A stretch of 63,655 nt of DNA, the filler included. It is 4 parts of 4 records of this genome, joined end to end, with 100 filler letters (N's around TTAATTAATTAA, not from the genome) between each part and the next. Parts side by side here need not be neighbours in the genome. Positions count along the whole stretch, not along the records: positions 15,245 to 43,319 come from DRR723986_4823; 3 more parts are not named here. One strand, 5' to 3'. Positions 17,968 through 28,478 of this stretch are shown here, piece after piece. The translations under genes and the position numbers were made by a program. Position 1 is the stretch's first letter; every line of letters begins with the position of its first letter. A model generated the notes under the pieces. It was not told the origin of the DNA. It did not search any database and saw only the letters and a list, made by a program, of their open reading frames with translations.

Positions 17968-20595
17968 ATGCGCCGAATTTTCACCTTTGGTGTGATCGCT
18001 GTTTGTATCTGTTCTCTACTGCAGGGCATGTGTGCGGAGGCATTTGCAGCGACGCCGTATCAATCGCTTACTCAACAACAGATTGTTCGCATTGTTGGTG
18101 CGCCTAATCGTGTGATCGTATCGCTGGCCGGCCAATGGGAGCGGCGCAATGACGATGAAGTCACCAGTGTAGGCATTCCGCTATCAGTGCGCGAAGAAGA
18201 TGGCACGACCTACTCACGCAACTTCACCATCGCTGAGTCGATGGCGGAGGACATGAGTTGGCAATTACTTGCACTTGGTGCAGGGTATCGCAGTGATATC
18301 CGCATCAATGGCCAGTATTTGGGGAGCCACATCGGAGGTTCGGCACCGTTCAACCTGCGGATTCCTTCCGGCGCGCTGCGCAAGGGCCTTAACACAATCG
18401 AGATTGGAATCACCAATGTTCTTGACCCCGCATCGACGGTACCTCCACGGCGTGGACCGTTTGGGGCGGAGTCGTTTGGTGGAATCTACCGCGAGATATT
18501 CCTGGTTGGTTCGCCGCACGTCTGGGTTGGCGGCGCCTCCCTGCAAACAACTTTTAATGCCGACTATAGCAGTGCGCGCGTTGATGTTGAGGCCCTGGTG
18601 TCTTCCGGAGTGCTTGAGCGATTAGTTATTCCGGTGGACACCCTTGGTGGTGACTCAGCGGAAGTTGCTGCGCGTAGCGTAATTTCCAGTATCGCCGTGA
18701 GCGTGGAAGCGGAGCTGCTTGGCCCCGGCGGCGAGGTTCACAGCAGTGACCTGCCTTTGACGGTAGACCTGGAGCCCGAGCGTAATCTGCCCGCAAAACT
18801 TTCGATTAATATCAATCAGCCTGAGTTATGGTCACCACAATCGCCGAATCTGCACACTTTGCGAATTCGACTGCTGGTCAATGGTGCAGTCGTGGACACA
18901 TACGAGCGCCGCATTGGGCTTTACGACCTTAGTTTGCCAAGTGCTGCGGGCGGGTCTCTGCGCCTGAACGGGCAAAATTTTGTGATCAACTCCGTTGAAT
19001 ACGTTGAGCATATCGCCGGCCGAAATCGCACGCTGAACGCTGTTGAAATGGAAGCCGACGTGCGCGCCCTCAAAACTCTGGGTGCAAATGTTGTCCGCAC
19101 TCGGCATGCCGCGCCGCACCCACACTTCGTAAGTCTCTGTGATGCCTACGGCATCTTTGTGATGATCGACTTGCCCGTGCAGGATGTGCCCGCTGGAATT
19201 ATCGGTTCGGACAACTTCGTTGCGACGGCGGAAAACCTGATGCGCGAATACCTGTCGTTTTATGACTTAAATCCGGCCGTCATGGGTTGGGGAATTTCCG
19301 ATGGTTTGGAGCCTGGTGCGCCGGAAACACTGAAGTTTGAAACGGCGATTGCAAGAATTGTGCGGGACGGCTCCCAAAAGCTGCTCTACAAACTTGTGCG
19401 CCAAAACGCGCAGGCTTTGGACTCCAGTCCTGCCGATATTCTGGTTCTTGCGCTGCAGACAGCCGACCCGCTCATTTTCCGGGCCGAGCTGGAGCGTCTG
19501 CGCAATCTGGCAGACGGGGCGCCCCTGGTGGTGCAGTTCGGACTGGCTATTCAAGCCGGCAACCACAACGGGTATTCCGATCCGCTTTCAGAAGAAGCCA
19601 AAGCCAAGTTTTTGCGGGATCGCGTGCGGACTGTGCGCGAACTCAGCCCTTATGACGGAGTAATGATTTGGTCGTTTAACTCCTACCGCACCGCGCGGCC
19701 CATTCTCACCAATAATTACAGCGACCCTTATGTAGCCACTTCCGGATTATTGGACCCGGCACGTGAGTCGGGATTGGCCTACGACGTGGTTCGCGCGCTC
19801 TTCAACGACGAAGATGAGCCTTTCATTACAGCCGGCACGTACCGCATAAACTCGCCTTTTATCTACACAATCGTCTGTGTAGTTCTGATCATCATATTTT
19901 TTGTGATTATCAACAGCTCGCGCCGCTTTCGCGAAAATGTGGCGCGTGCTTTGGTACGGCCCTACAACTTTTACGCTGATATTCGCGACCAGCGAATATT
20001 GTCCAATGCACGCACCGTGTTGTTATCGGTAATTCTTTCAAGCGGTCTGGGCATCGTAGTATCCGCCCTGCTGTATCATTTGCGTGCAGCCCTGGAATTG
20101 GACTATTTGTTGAGTGTTGTCCTGGTTTCGGACAGGCTCAAAGAATTGGTCGATCTGGTGATTTGGTCGCCCGAACTTTCGATTCTGGCCGGCACGATGA
20201 TTTTTCTGTTTGGCTTTTTTGCCGTGGCACTACTTATCCGACTGGGCTCAGTTTTTGTACGGTCACGCATTTTTTTTAACGACGCTTTTGTTATCGCGGT
20301 TTGGGCTGGTCTTCCCGCGCTGTTTTTACTGATTCCGGCGATGGGAATCTATCAGTTGCTGCAGCTTGGTGGTTTTGTGCCACCTGTAATTTTACTGCTT
20401 GTGCTGCTTGGTGGCTGGATTCTCTATCGAGTATTGCGTGGAACTGCCGTGATTTACGACGTCTGGGCGCCTAACATTTACGTGACAGGGATAGCCCTCT
20501 TGTTAGTTGTTGGGATCGGAATTGTCGTGTATTTGGATGCCGCCTGGTCCAGCCTCGATTATGTGAATTATTTTGCGCGAGTCATCTTGCCTTAA
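17968..20595 (+). CDS. GH2-like protein (sugar-binding, Ig and TIM-barrel domains) with C-terminal multi-pass membrane domain
   Basis: GGIYREIFL, PELWSPQSPNLH, LKTLGANVVRTRH, LCDAYGIFV; signal peptide; about six hydrophobic C-terminal segments. Confidence 0.8.
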   Translation: MRRIFTFGVIAVCICSLLQGMCAEAFAATPYQSLTQQQIVRIVGAPNRVIVSLAGQWERRNDDEVTSVGIPLSVREEDGTTYSRNFTIAESMAEDMSWQLLALGAGYRSDIRINGQYLGSHIGGSAPFNLRIPSGALRKGLNTIEIGITNVLDPASTVPPRRGPFGAESFGGIYREIFLVGSPHVWVGGASLQTTFNADYSSARVDVEALVSSGVLERLVIPVDTLGGDSAEVAARSVISSIAVSVEAELLGPGGEVHSSDLPLTVDLEPERNLPAKLSININQPELWSPQSPNLHTLRIRLLVNGAVVDTYERRIGLYDLSLPSAAGGSLRLNGQNFVINSVEYVEHIAGRNRTLNAVEMEADVRALKTLGANVVRTRHAAPHPHFVSLCDAYGIFVMIDLPVQDVPAGIIGSDNFVATAENLMREYLSFYDLNPAVMGWGISDGLEPGAPETLKFETAIARIVRDGSQKLLYKLVRQNAQALDSSPADILVLALQTADPLIFRAELERLRNLADGAPLVVQFGLAIQAGNHNGYSDPLSEEAKAKFLRDRVRTVRELSPYDGVMIWSFNSYRTARPILTNNYSDPYVATSGLLDPARESGLAYDVVRALFNDEDEPFITAGTYRINSPFIYTIVCVVLIIIFFVIINSSRRFRENVARALVRPYNFYADIRDQRILSNARTVLLSVILSSGLGIVVSALLYHLRAALELDYLLSVVLVSDRLKELVDLVIWSPELSILAGTMIFLFGFFAVALLIRLGSVFVRSRIFFNDAFVIAVWAGLPALFLLIPAMGIYQLLQLGGFVPPVILLLVLLGGWILYRVLRGTAVIYDVWAPNIYVTGIALLLVVGIGIVVYLDAAWSSLDYVNYFARVILP

Positions 20596-20726
20596 GATGG
20601 AAGTCGCGGATGTTAGCCCGCAGATATCCGTGCCCGGATCATGACGTAGATCACTGCGGTGGAACAGGCTGCAAGTGCATGACGCACAAAATTACCCTCA
20701 AGCTGTGACAGCCCGGCTCAATTATT

Positions 20727-20768
20727 GGTCAAGAACTACTGGCCAATATCTATAGGTCAATATCTATT
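20727..20768. repeat. Three tandem 14-bp imperfect direct repeats
   Basis: GGTCAAGAACTACT / GGCCAATATCTATA / GGTCAATATCTATT. Confidence 0.65.
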
Positions 20769-21012
20769 GTTCAGGGGGCAAGTGACTGCCACAAGAATCA
20801 TTGTACCTGGATCGTCGTGATTCTTTAATGTCAAACTGCCTCAAATTTCACATTTTACGGTAGCCGCGGCAATCTAAGCCGTGACGGTCCGTACGCCCGG
20901 CCCAGGCTTACAACTGGTGCAGCACGGGAAACGAGATCGTTGTAATTACTGCCAATAACCACTTCCCTGGTGGTTGCCTGTCAACAGTACAATTTTTGGA
21001 ATAGCAGACGTT

Positions 21013-24000
21013 ATGAAGAAGTGCCAAACACGTACCGCCGCTGCTAGAGTCTCAGCCATTGGATTATTGGGCTTCGGTCTGATTTTCCTGGCTCCGGCCT
21101 GCGATTCTACGGGTGATTCCGACGCGATTGATCCGGCGATGTTCGCCGACGAACCTCTGTTTTCGCTTCTGCCGGCCGCCAATACCGGTATAGATTTTGA
21201 GAACATCATCATTGAAGACGAAATCGTTAACTACCTGGAATGTTATAATTGTTTCAACGGTGGTGGAGTCGGAATCGGAGACTTTAACAATGATGGTTTG
21301 CCGGATGTCTACCTGAGCGGAAATCTGACGCCCGACCGACTTTACCTCAATCGCGGCAAACTACAATTTGAAGACTATACAGATGTAGCCGGCATTGTGG
21401 ATCCAGGTGGATGGCGCAATGGCGTCACCGTGGTTGACATTAATGCCGATGGCTTCGATGATATTTATGTGTGCCGCGGACTGCGTCACAAAACGGCTGA
21501 AGAACGCCGCAACCTGCTCTACATCAACAATGGAGATGCTACCTTTAGTGAGCAGGCTGCCAAATATGGGCTGGACGACAGCGGTTTTTCTACACATGCA
21601 ACTTTCCTGGACTACGACCGCGACGGCGACCTGGACATGTTCCTGGTGAACCAGCCAAGCGGAGGGCGTGCCCTGAGTCTATCGCGCGCGCAGCGCCAGG
21701 AGTGGATGGATAAGTATCCGGATGTGCGTGACAAACTTTTCCGCAATAACTCAGATGGAACATTCACCGATGTTTCGCGCGAAGCTGGAATCTGGTCATA
21801 TGCACATGGTCTGTCAGGATCGGTGGGTGATATCAACGATGATGGTTGGGCCGACATCTATGTAGCCAATGACTTTTACGAGCAGGACTTCCTCTATATC
21901 AATAATCGCGATGGCAGCTTCTCAGAAGAAATTGGTTCCTGGGCACGCCACCTGAGTAATTTTGGAATGGGCTCAGATGTTGCCGACTTCAACAACGATG
22001 GATTGCTCGACGTTGTTGTGGTTGATATGGTGGCCGAAGATCGCTATCGCAACAAGGTCCTCATGGGCGCCATGAGCAACGAGCAGTTCTGGGAGACGGT
22101 CGATTCCGGATTCCACTATCAGTACATGTTCAACACCTTGCAGGTCAACAATGGTGTCGGTTCGTTTAGTGAAATCGGCCAGTTGGCAGGAATCTCCAAA
22201 ACCGATTGGAGCTGGGCTCCGCTCTTTGCCGACCTGGATAATGATGGCTTCAAAGACCTGTATATCACAAATGGCATCTTCCGCGACATTCGCCACAACG
22301 ACTACAACCGCAAGGCAACCCTTGCACACACAATGTCGGGTGAAGTTGATGACCACGTAATGAAGCTGCTCGAAGCAACTCCATCTACAAAAATTTCGAA
22401 CTACGCCTATCACAATAACGGTTCGTGGCAGTTCAAAGACAAAGCCGAAGAGTGGGGGCTGGGCCGACCGAGTTTTTCTAATGGTGGTGCCTATGCCGAC
22501 CTGGATAACGACGGTGACCTGGACCTGATTGTCAACAATGTTAATGATACAGTTTTTGTCTATCGCAACAACTCCCTGGAACGCGGTTCAGCCAGCGCCT
22601 GGATGCAATTTGAGTTTAAGGGGCCAAAAGCGAATCACCGCGGAATTGGCGCTAAAGTGACGATTGAGTATGACGGCGGCCTGCAACATCATGAAATGTC
22701 AGTCGCGCGCGGGTTTCACTCTACGCCTCATGCAATTGCGCACTTTGGCCTGGGAGATGTAAAAGCAGTTGACCGCGCCACGATTGTTTGGCCTGATGGA
22801 TCGGTAGAAGTACTGGTTAATCCAGGTGTTAACAAACGGCACGTTATTGATGTTAACAATGCAGGCCCTGCCAAAGCGGCGGCCCCCTCACGAGTAGCCG
22901 TTGTTAAAGATGCGCTCATGAAACCGGCCGAAAGTTTGTTTAACCCGCCCTTACAGCATCAGGAAGTCGTCTACGATGACTTTGTACGCGAAGTGCTGCT
23001 GCCACATAAAATGTCACAACTGGGGCCGGGAATGGCTGTCGGTGATGTTAATGGTGACGGCGTTGACGATGTCTACCTGGGTGGCGCTAAAGGCACCGCC
23101 GGCAAAATGTATCTGTACCGTGCAGACGGTGGATATTCGCCCGCACCAGGGAATGCCGTTTTTGCCGCCGCCAAACAGTCCGAAGACATGGGTGCGCTCT
23201 TCTTTGATGCCGACGGTGACGGCGATCAGGATCTCTACGTTGCCTCCGGTGGCAATGAGTGCAAAGCCGAGGACCCAGTGTTACAGGACCGGCTGTACAT
23301 CAATAATGGCAGTGGTAAATTCAGCCTGGCCAAAGCAAACATTCCAAAACTTAACGCCAGTGCTTCCTGCGTCGTTGCCGGCGATTACGATGCTGATGGT
23401 GATCTGGATTTGTTTGTTGGCGGCCGCCAGGTGCCGGGTGCGTATCCCTTGCCGGGACGCTCACAGCTTCTGCAGAACGATGACGGCAAATTTGTAGACG
23501 TCACCGCAGAACTTGCTCCCGAGCTTGCCGAAATTGGCATGATTACATCGGCATTGTGGACTGATTTTGATGGCAACGGCCGTCTTGACTTGCTACTGGC
23601 AGGTGAGTGGATGCCTATCACGTTTATGCAAAATATGGGAACCGGCTTCGAGAATGTCACCGGTAAAAAGCTGTCCAAAGAAACCAACGGTTGGTGGAAC
23701 AGCTTGGCATCAGGCGACTTCGATAACGATGGTGACATGGATTATGTCGTCGGTAACCTCGGTAAAAACACCAAGTACAAAACTTCGCACGAAAAGCCAT
23801 TTCAGGTATATCATTCCGATTTCGATGACAATGGTTCGCCGGACATTGTGCTGGCGGCGTATAGCGGAGATGTAAATTACCCCGTGCGCGGCCGTGAGTG
23901 TTCCAGCGAACAGATTCCGTCAATCGAGCGCAAGTTTCCAACCTATCACGATTTTGCCGTGGCCGACCTTGAGAGTGTCTATGGGCGTTCCGCCCTGCGC

Positions 24001-24618
24001 GCCGCCTATCAGGCCAAAGTATATATGTTTGCCAGTGTTGTTCTTACCAATGAGGGCGGGCATTTTAAGCTGACGGAACTGCCGGTAGAGGCTCAGATAG
24101 CCCCGCTCAACGGAATGCAGGTTCTGGATGTTGATGGTGACGACTTCCTGGACATTGTTGCTGTTGGAAACAATCATCATCCGGAAGTTGAGACTCAGCG
24201 CTATGATGCGGGAGTGGGACTTGTGTTGCGTGGTGATGGAACTGGTGGATTCCAGCCGGTCAACATACGCACAAGTGGTTTCCTGGCACGTGAAGATGCA
24301 CGCTCACTTGTAATGCTGCATCATCCAACAGATGGACCGATTCTTCTGGTTGGAAACAATAATTCGGCTCTGAACGTGTTCAAATTTGCAGCCGATGCCG
24401 CCGCCAGGAAATCCGTGGCGCTGAATGCGGATGACCGCTACGCAGTAATTGAATTCGCCAATGGCAGTCGCCAAAAACGCGAATATCACTACGGATCGGC
24501 GTATCTATCACAGGCGTCACGTGTCTTGTACCTGACGCCGGGAATGAAATCGGTGCGTGTGATTAATGCCGAAGGGCGTGCGCGGGAGATTGCTTCTCCC
24601 GATTTGGCTTCCAAATAG
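21013..24618 (+). CDS. FG-GAP/VCBS-repeat lipoprotein with ASPIC/UnbV domain (CRTAC1-like)
   Basis: Lipobox LAPA-C; many DxxxDGxxD repeats; central AHFGLG...WPDG ASPIC/UnbV segment. Confidence 0.88.
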   Translation: MKKCQTRTAAARVSAIGLLGFGLIFLAPACDSTGDSDAIDPAMFADEPLFSLLPAANTGIDFENIIIEDEIVNYLECYNCFNGGGVGIGDFNNDGLPDVYLSGNLTPDRLYLNRGKLQFEDYTDVAGIVDPGGWRNGVTVVDINADGFDDIYVCRGLRHKTAEERRNLLYINNGDATFSEQAAKYGLDDSGFSTHATFLDYDRDGDLDMFLVNQPSGGRALSLSRAQRQEWMDKYPDVRDKLFRNNSDGTFTDVSREAGIWSYAHGLSGSVGDINDDGWADIYVANDFYEQDFLYINNRDGSFSEEIGSWARHLSNFGMGSDVADFNNDGLLDVVVVDMVAEDRYRNKVLMGAMSNEQFWETVDSGFHYQYMFNTLQVNNGVGSFSEIGQLAGISKTDWSWAPLFADLDNDGFKDLYITNGIFRDIRHNDYNRKATLAHTMSGEVDDHVMKLLEATPSTKISNYAYHNNGSWQFKDKAEEWGLGRPSFSNGGAYADLDNDGDLDLIVNNVNDTVFVYRNNSLERGSASAWMQFEFKGPKANHRGIGAKVTIEYDGGLQHHEMSVARGFHSTPHAIAHFGLGDVKAVDRATIVWPDGSVEVLVNPGVNKRHVIDVNNAGPAKAAAPSRVAVVKDALMKPAESLFNPPLQHQEVVYDDFVREVLLPHKMSQLGPGMAVGDVNGDGVDDVYLGGAKGTAGKMYLYRADGGYSPAPGNAVFAAAKQSEDMGALFFDADGDGDQDLYVASGGNECKAEDPVLQDRLYINNGSGKFSLAKANIPKLNASASCVVAGDYDADGDLDLFVGGRQVPGAYPLPGRSQLLQNDDGKFVDVTAELAPELAEIGMITSALWTDFDGNGRLDLLLAGEWMPITFMQNMGTGFENVTGKKLSKETNGWWNSLASGDFDNDGDMDYVVGNLGKNTKYKTSHEKPFQVYHSDFDDNGSPDIVLAAYSGDVNYPVRGRECSSEQIPSIERKFPTYHDFAVADLESVYGRSALRAAYQAKVYMFASVVLTNEGGHFKLTELPVEAQIAPLNGMQVLDVDGDDFLDIVAVGNNHHPEVETQRYDAGVGLVLRGDGTGGFQPVNIRTSGFLAREDARSLVMLHHPTDGPILLVGNNNSALNVFKFAADAAARKSVALNADDRYAVIEFANGSRQKREYHYGSAYLSQASRVLYLTPGMKSVRVINAEGRAREIASPDLASK

Positions 24619-24688
24619 TACGGGGCGATTTCGCAGAAAATTGCGCTGAGTTTTGGGTAAATTCGATGATGTGCTGGAGAGAGATAGA

Positions 24689-25765
24689 ATGAGGAAAGGC
24701 GGAGACACACGGCCTCCATTCGGGCCAATCAGACCGGAAGGTATTAATCTCGAAGACCGCGAGATTACTATCCTGCAGGCGATTGTGCATTACTACATTC
24801 TATCGGCCACACCCGTCGGCTCGCGTGTCTTGTCCAAGTATTTGCAAGACCAACTCAAACTCAGCGCAGCCTCCATCCGCAATGTGATGTCGGACCTGGA
24901 AGCCAAAGGTTATATAACTCATCCGCACACCTCTGCCGGCCGGATTCCCACGGACCTGGGGTACCGCTACTACGTAGACACCTTGCGTGGCGTTGAGAGC
25001 CTCAGCGACTCGGAGCATGCTTCGATTCACAATCAGCTGGATGGAGCTCCCAGTGACGTGGTACTGCGCCAGGCCTCGCGCATCATTGGCGCGCTCTCAC
25101 ATAACCTGGGCGTCGTTGCTATTCCGCAGCTTTCAGATGCCAAAATTGGACGAATTGAGATAATTTCGCTCTCCTCCGCGCGCCTGCTGGTGGTTGTTAC
25201 GCTTGAATCCGACGTGGTCCGCACGATTACTCTTGAGGTTGATTTCGCGATTGAGTCGCGCGAGTTGGATGCCGTTGCGCAACAATTAAATGAACGCCTC
25301 AGTGGCCGCGCTTTAAGTTTTATTCGCGAAAACATTCAGGCGGTCATACATGACGTGCAGACGGACAATCGCGACATCCTGCGACTGTTTGTGGATTCTG
25401 CCGACGAACTGTTCTCGCGTCGCCCAGCCACTGGTGACAAGGTGCATATCGCCGGTGCCGGTCAACTGCTCGAACTGCCGGAATTCGAAAATACCAGCCG
25501 CATCAAAGGCATTATTGAGATGATTGAGAGTGAGGAAATCGTTGTGCACCTGCTCGACAGCACCCGCTCCGTAGAAGGCCACGTTAAAGTTTATATCGGT
25601 GATGAACTCGGCGAAACAATCATGCAGGATTACAGCCTGCTCACTACTCGCTACCGCGTGGACTCTGGTTCCGGTGCAATTGCGCTGATCGGCCCTAAAA
25701 GAATGAACTATTCAAAAATGATCGCAATTCTTGATAACGTGGCGCAAGCACTGTCCGTCAAATAA
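24689..25765 (+). CDS. hrcA: Heat-inducible transcription repressor HrcA
   Basis: PVGSR, SAASIRNVMSDLE, HPHTSAGRIPTDLGYRYYVD, IGPKRMNY. Confidence 0.95.
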   Translation: MRKGGDTRPPFGPIRPEGINLEDREITILQAIVHYYILSATPVGSRVLSKYLQDQLKLSAASIRNVMSDLEAKGYITHPHTSAGRIPTDLGYRYYVDTLRGVESLSDSEHASIHNQLDGAPSDVVLRQASRIIGALSHNLGVVAIPQLSDAKIGRIEIISLSSARLLVVVTLESDVVRTITLEVDFAIESRELDAVAQQLNERLSGRALSFIRENIQAVIHDVQTDNRDILRLFVDSADELFSRRPATGDKVHIAGAGQLLELPEFENTSRIKGIIEMIESEEIVVHLLDSTRSVEGHVKVYIGDELGETIMQDYSLLTTRYRVDSGSGAIALIGPKRMNYSKMIAILDNVAQALSVK

Positions 25766-25875
25766 TTGACCGCCAAACACGTTAGTGCCAAATGTCAAAA
25801 GTGTACGGACGGGCCGTAACATCCAGTCGGCCCACAAAGCTGCCGTACGACCCTTTCTATGCCAATGCTTGAGGA

Positions 25876-26592
25876 ATGATGATGCACGAACACGAAAGCG
25901 AAGCGGCGAATACAGAAGAAACCACCCGGAATTCCGACGCCGAAGGTGTTGATATTCCGATTGAGGGAGTTTCTGAAGCTGCAGAAGCCGAGGGCTCGAA
26001 CGATCAAAACGCTGCTACTGCGAATGACGACACGGAGGACGAAGATTTGGCATCGCGTAAAAAAGAAATTGCCGAATTAAAAATACAGCTTGAGAAACTA
26101 CAGGCCGAGCGCGACGAGTTTCGCGAACACGCCGGCCGTAAAGTTGCTGAGCTCGAAAATTTTCGGCGCCGTATGGAAATAGAGCGCAAAGACACCATGA
26201 AGTATGCAAACATGGACCTTCTGCGCAAGTTAGTCCCGGTCCTTGATGACCTGGGCCGTGCGGTGGAAGCCGCCAACAGCGGCGGAGACTTTGAGTCTCT
26301 CCGCAAAGGTGTTGAGCTGGTCCACGGCAAAGCCCGCTCCAGCTTTGAAGATGCCGGAGTCACGCCGATTGAAGCCCTTGGCAAGCGCTTTGACGTTCAA
26401 CATCACGAAGCCCTGATGGCCGCTCCATCCACCGAGTATGCCGAAGGAATCGTCATGAACGAAGTCGAACGCGGCTACCTCTATCACGATAAAGTTCTGC
26501 GCCACGCCAAAGTGGTGACATCTACCGGTGCACCGCAGCCGCCTTCCGACGAGGAAGAAGCGCGTGGCGCGTCGATCGACGTCAAAGCCTAA
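25876..26592 (+). CDS. grpE: Nucleotide exchange factor GrpE
   Basis: AELENFRRR, PVLDDL, FDVQHHEAL, GYLYHDKVLRHAKVV. Confidence 0.93.
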   Translation: MMMHEHESEAANTEETTRNSDAEGVDIPIEGVSEAAEAEGSNDQNAATANDDTEDEDLASRKKEIAELKIQLEKLQAERDEFREHAGRKVAELENFRRRMEIERKDTMKYANMDLLRKLVPVLDDLGRAVEAANSGGDFESLRKGVELVHGKARSSFEDAGVTPIEALGKRFDVQHHEALMAAPSTEYAEGIVMNEVERGYLYHDKVLRHAKVVTSTGAPQPPSDEEEARGASIDVKA

Positions 26593-26702
26593 AGAAACTC
26601 GTTGCCGCCGGCAATGGCCCCCGTAGAGATTGACTCTATCAAAAAAACCTGCGCCTAAAAACGCTGTTGTTTTCCTGACTTTTTGCATGGTGCCTGGCCA
26701 CA

Positions 26703-27872
26703 ATGTCTAAACGTGATTATTACGACGTCCTCGGTGTTGACCGCGGCGCTGATGCCAAAGAAATTAAGGCGGCCTACCGCCGCCTTGCACTTAAGTATCA
26801 TCCCGACCGCAACCCGGACAATAAAGAAGCTGAAAACTCTTTCAAGGAAGCCACCGAAGCATACGAAGTGCTCAGTGACGAGTCCAAGCGCCAGCGCTAC
26901 AACCAGCATGGTCATGCCGGTGTGCGCGGTGGACAGGACTTTAACCAGTACTCCAACGTCGGCGACATCTTTGAGCAGTTCTTCGGCGGCGGTGGCGGTG
27001 GCGGCGGATCCATCTTTGATGACATCTTTGGAGGCCAGGCGCGTGGCGGCGGCGGTGGTGCGCGTCCACAGGGGCAGCCTGGCTCCGACCTTAAAATTGA
27101 CCTGCATCTGACGCTTGAAGAAGTTGCCAAAGGTGTCGAAAAAACGCTCAAATACAAGCGTTGGGCCAGCTGTGATGTTTGCAACGGCACCGGAGCCAAG
27201 TCAGGTAAAACCCAGACCTGCCGCACCTGCGGAGGCAATGGACAGGTCCAAAACGTGCGCCGCACAGTCTTTGGGCAGTTCGTGAACGTTGCAACCTGCC
27301 CGGCCTGCCAGGGCGCCGGCCAGACCATCACCGAAAATTGCGATAACTGCAAAGGTGACGGGCGTGTGCAGGAAGAAAAAACGCTGAAAGTCAAGGTGCC
27401 GGCCGGTGTTGCCGACAGCAATTATATTCCGTTCCGCGGCAAAGGGCATGCCGGGCGCAGGGGTGGACCTGCTGGAGACCTGATCGTAGCGATTCACGAG
27501 AAAAAGCACGACTACTTTGTGCGTGATAACAACGACATCCACTTTAATCTGAACATTTCCTATCCCCAGGCAGTGCTTGGTGCCGAAATTGACGTGCCGA
27601 CGCTCGCCGGCGAATCCACCGTTAAAATCGAGCCGGGAACACAGCCGGGAACACGCCTGCGCATGCGCGATAAAGGCGTACCGAAATTGCAATCTCATGG
27701 TCGGGGCGACCAGATAATCCACATTAATGTTTATGTGCCACGCTCGGTCAACTCCAAGGAGAAACAACTCCTCAAGGATATGGCCAAGAACAACACATTT
27801 TCACCTGATGGAAAGCCTGGTGAGAAGGGCTCGCGCGATTTTTTTGACAAAGTGCGTGAGGCCTTTTCCTGA
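26703..27872 (+). CDS. dnaJ: Chaperone DnaJ
   Basis: J-domain with HPD, G/F region, four CxxCxGxG motifs. Confidence 0.97.
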   Translation: MSKRDYYDVLGVDRGADAKEIKAAYRRLALKYHPDRNPDNKEAENSFKEATEAYEVLSDESKRQRYNQHGHAGVRGGQDFNQYSNVGDIFEQFFGGGGGGGGSIFDDIFGGQARGGGGGARPQGQPGSDLKIDLHLTLEEVAKGVEKTLKYKRWASCDVCNGTGAKSGKTQTCRTCGGNGQVQNVRRTVFGQFVNVATCPACQGAGQTITENCDNCKGDGRVQEEKTLKVKVPAGVADSNYIPFRGKGHAGRRGGPAGDLIVAIHEKKHDYFVRDNNDIHFNLNISYPQAVLGAEIDVPTLAGESTVKIEPGTQPGTRLRMRDKGVPKLQSHGRGDQIIHINVYVPRSVNSKEKQLLKDMAKNNTFSPDGKPGEKGSRDFFDKVREAFS

Positions 27873-27901
27873 CGGCTAACCTTCCAGGAGGAGGCTGTCT
27901 G

Positions 27902-28456
27902 ATGAATTCCCCGATCAAGCGTGTCGATACACGCCGGCTGGTTGCTGCTACGCAAAAATTGCTTGGCGCTACCCGCCAGGAAGTGTCCGTAGTTTTTCTG
28001 ATTTTGTTCGGCCTGCTGGCCGGCAGTCTTCTGAAGCTCTTTAAGTCCGAACCCGCATATCAGTTGAATCGCACTGCCGTGTACAATCTATTCGACAGCG
28101 CTGCTGTGGCGCGCACGAGTACGTATAGTGGAGTGGGGGCCGATGCTCAAGCCATTCCGGAACTGGCAGCCGGAGACACGATCGTTATCCGGGAAGACCG
28201 TTTCCCGCCACCAAGACCACGCCAAAAACTCACCGAAGAAAGTATAGATCTGAATACGGCTGGTTCCGCCGAGCTTCAAAAGTTGCCTGGGGTTGGCCCC
28301 AAAACAGCCGCGGCGATAATCCTGTTCCGCGAACGACAAAGCTTCCGGCGGCCTGAAGATTTGATGCGCGTAAAAGGCATCGGAACCAAAACTTTTGCCA
28401 AATTGCAGCGATTCGTCCGTGTGAGCGGATCAAAGTCGAATGGCACTTCCGAATGA
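27902..28456 (+). CDS. ComEA-like helix-hairpin-helix DNA-binding protein
   Basis: N-terminal TM; IDLNTA...LPGVGPKTA...VKGIGTK tandem HhH. Confidence 0.85.
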   Translation: MNSPIKRVDTRRLVAATQKLLGATRQEVSVVFLILFGLLAGSLLKLFKSEPAYQLNRTAVYNLFDSAAVARTSTYSGVGADAQAIPELAAGDTIVIREDRFPPPRPRQKLTEESIDLNTAGSAELQKLPGVGPKTAAAIILFRERQSFRRPEDLMRVKGIGTKTFAKLQRFVRVSGSKSNGTSE

Positions 28457-28478
28457 TTTTCCGCAGGACCAAAAATGT

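Noticed and set aside
25766..25791. Possible CIRCE before grpE
   Set aside because: Only one half-site (TAGTGCCAA) with no matching left arm at 9-bp spacing
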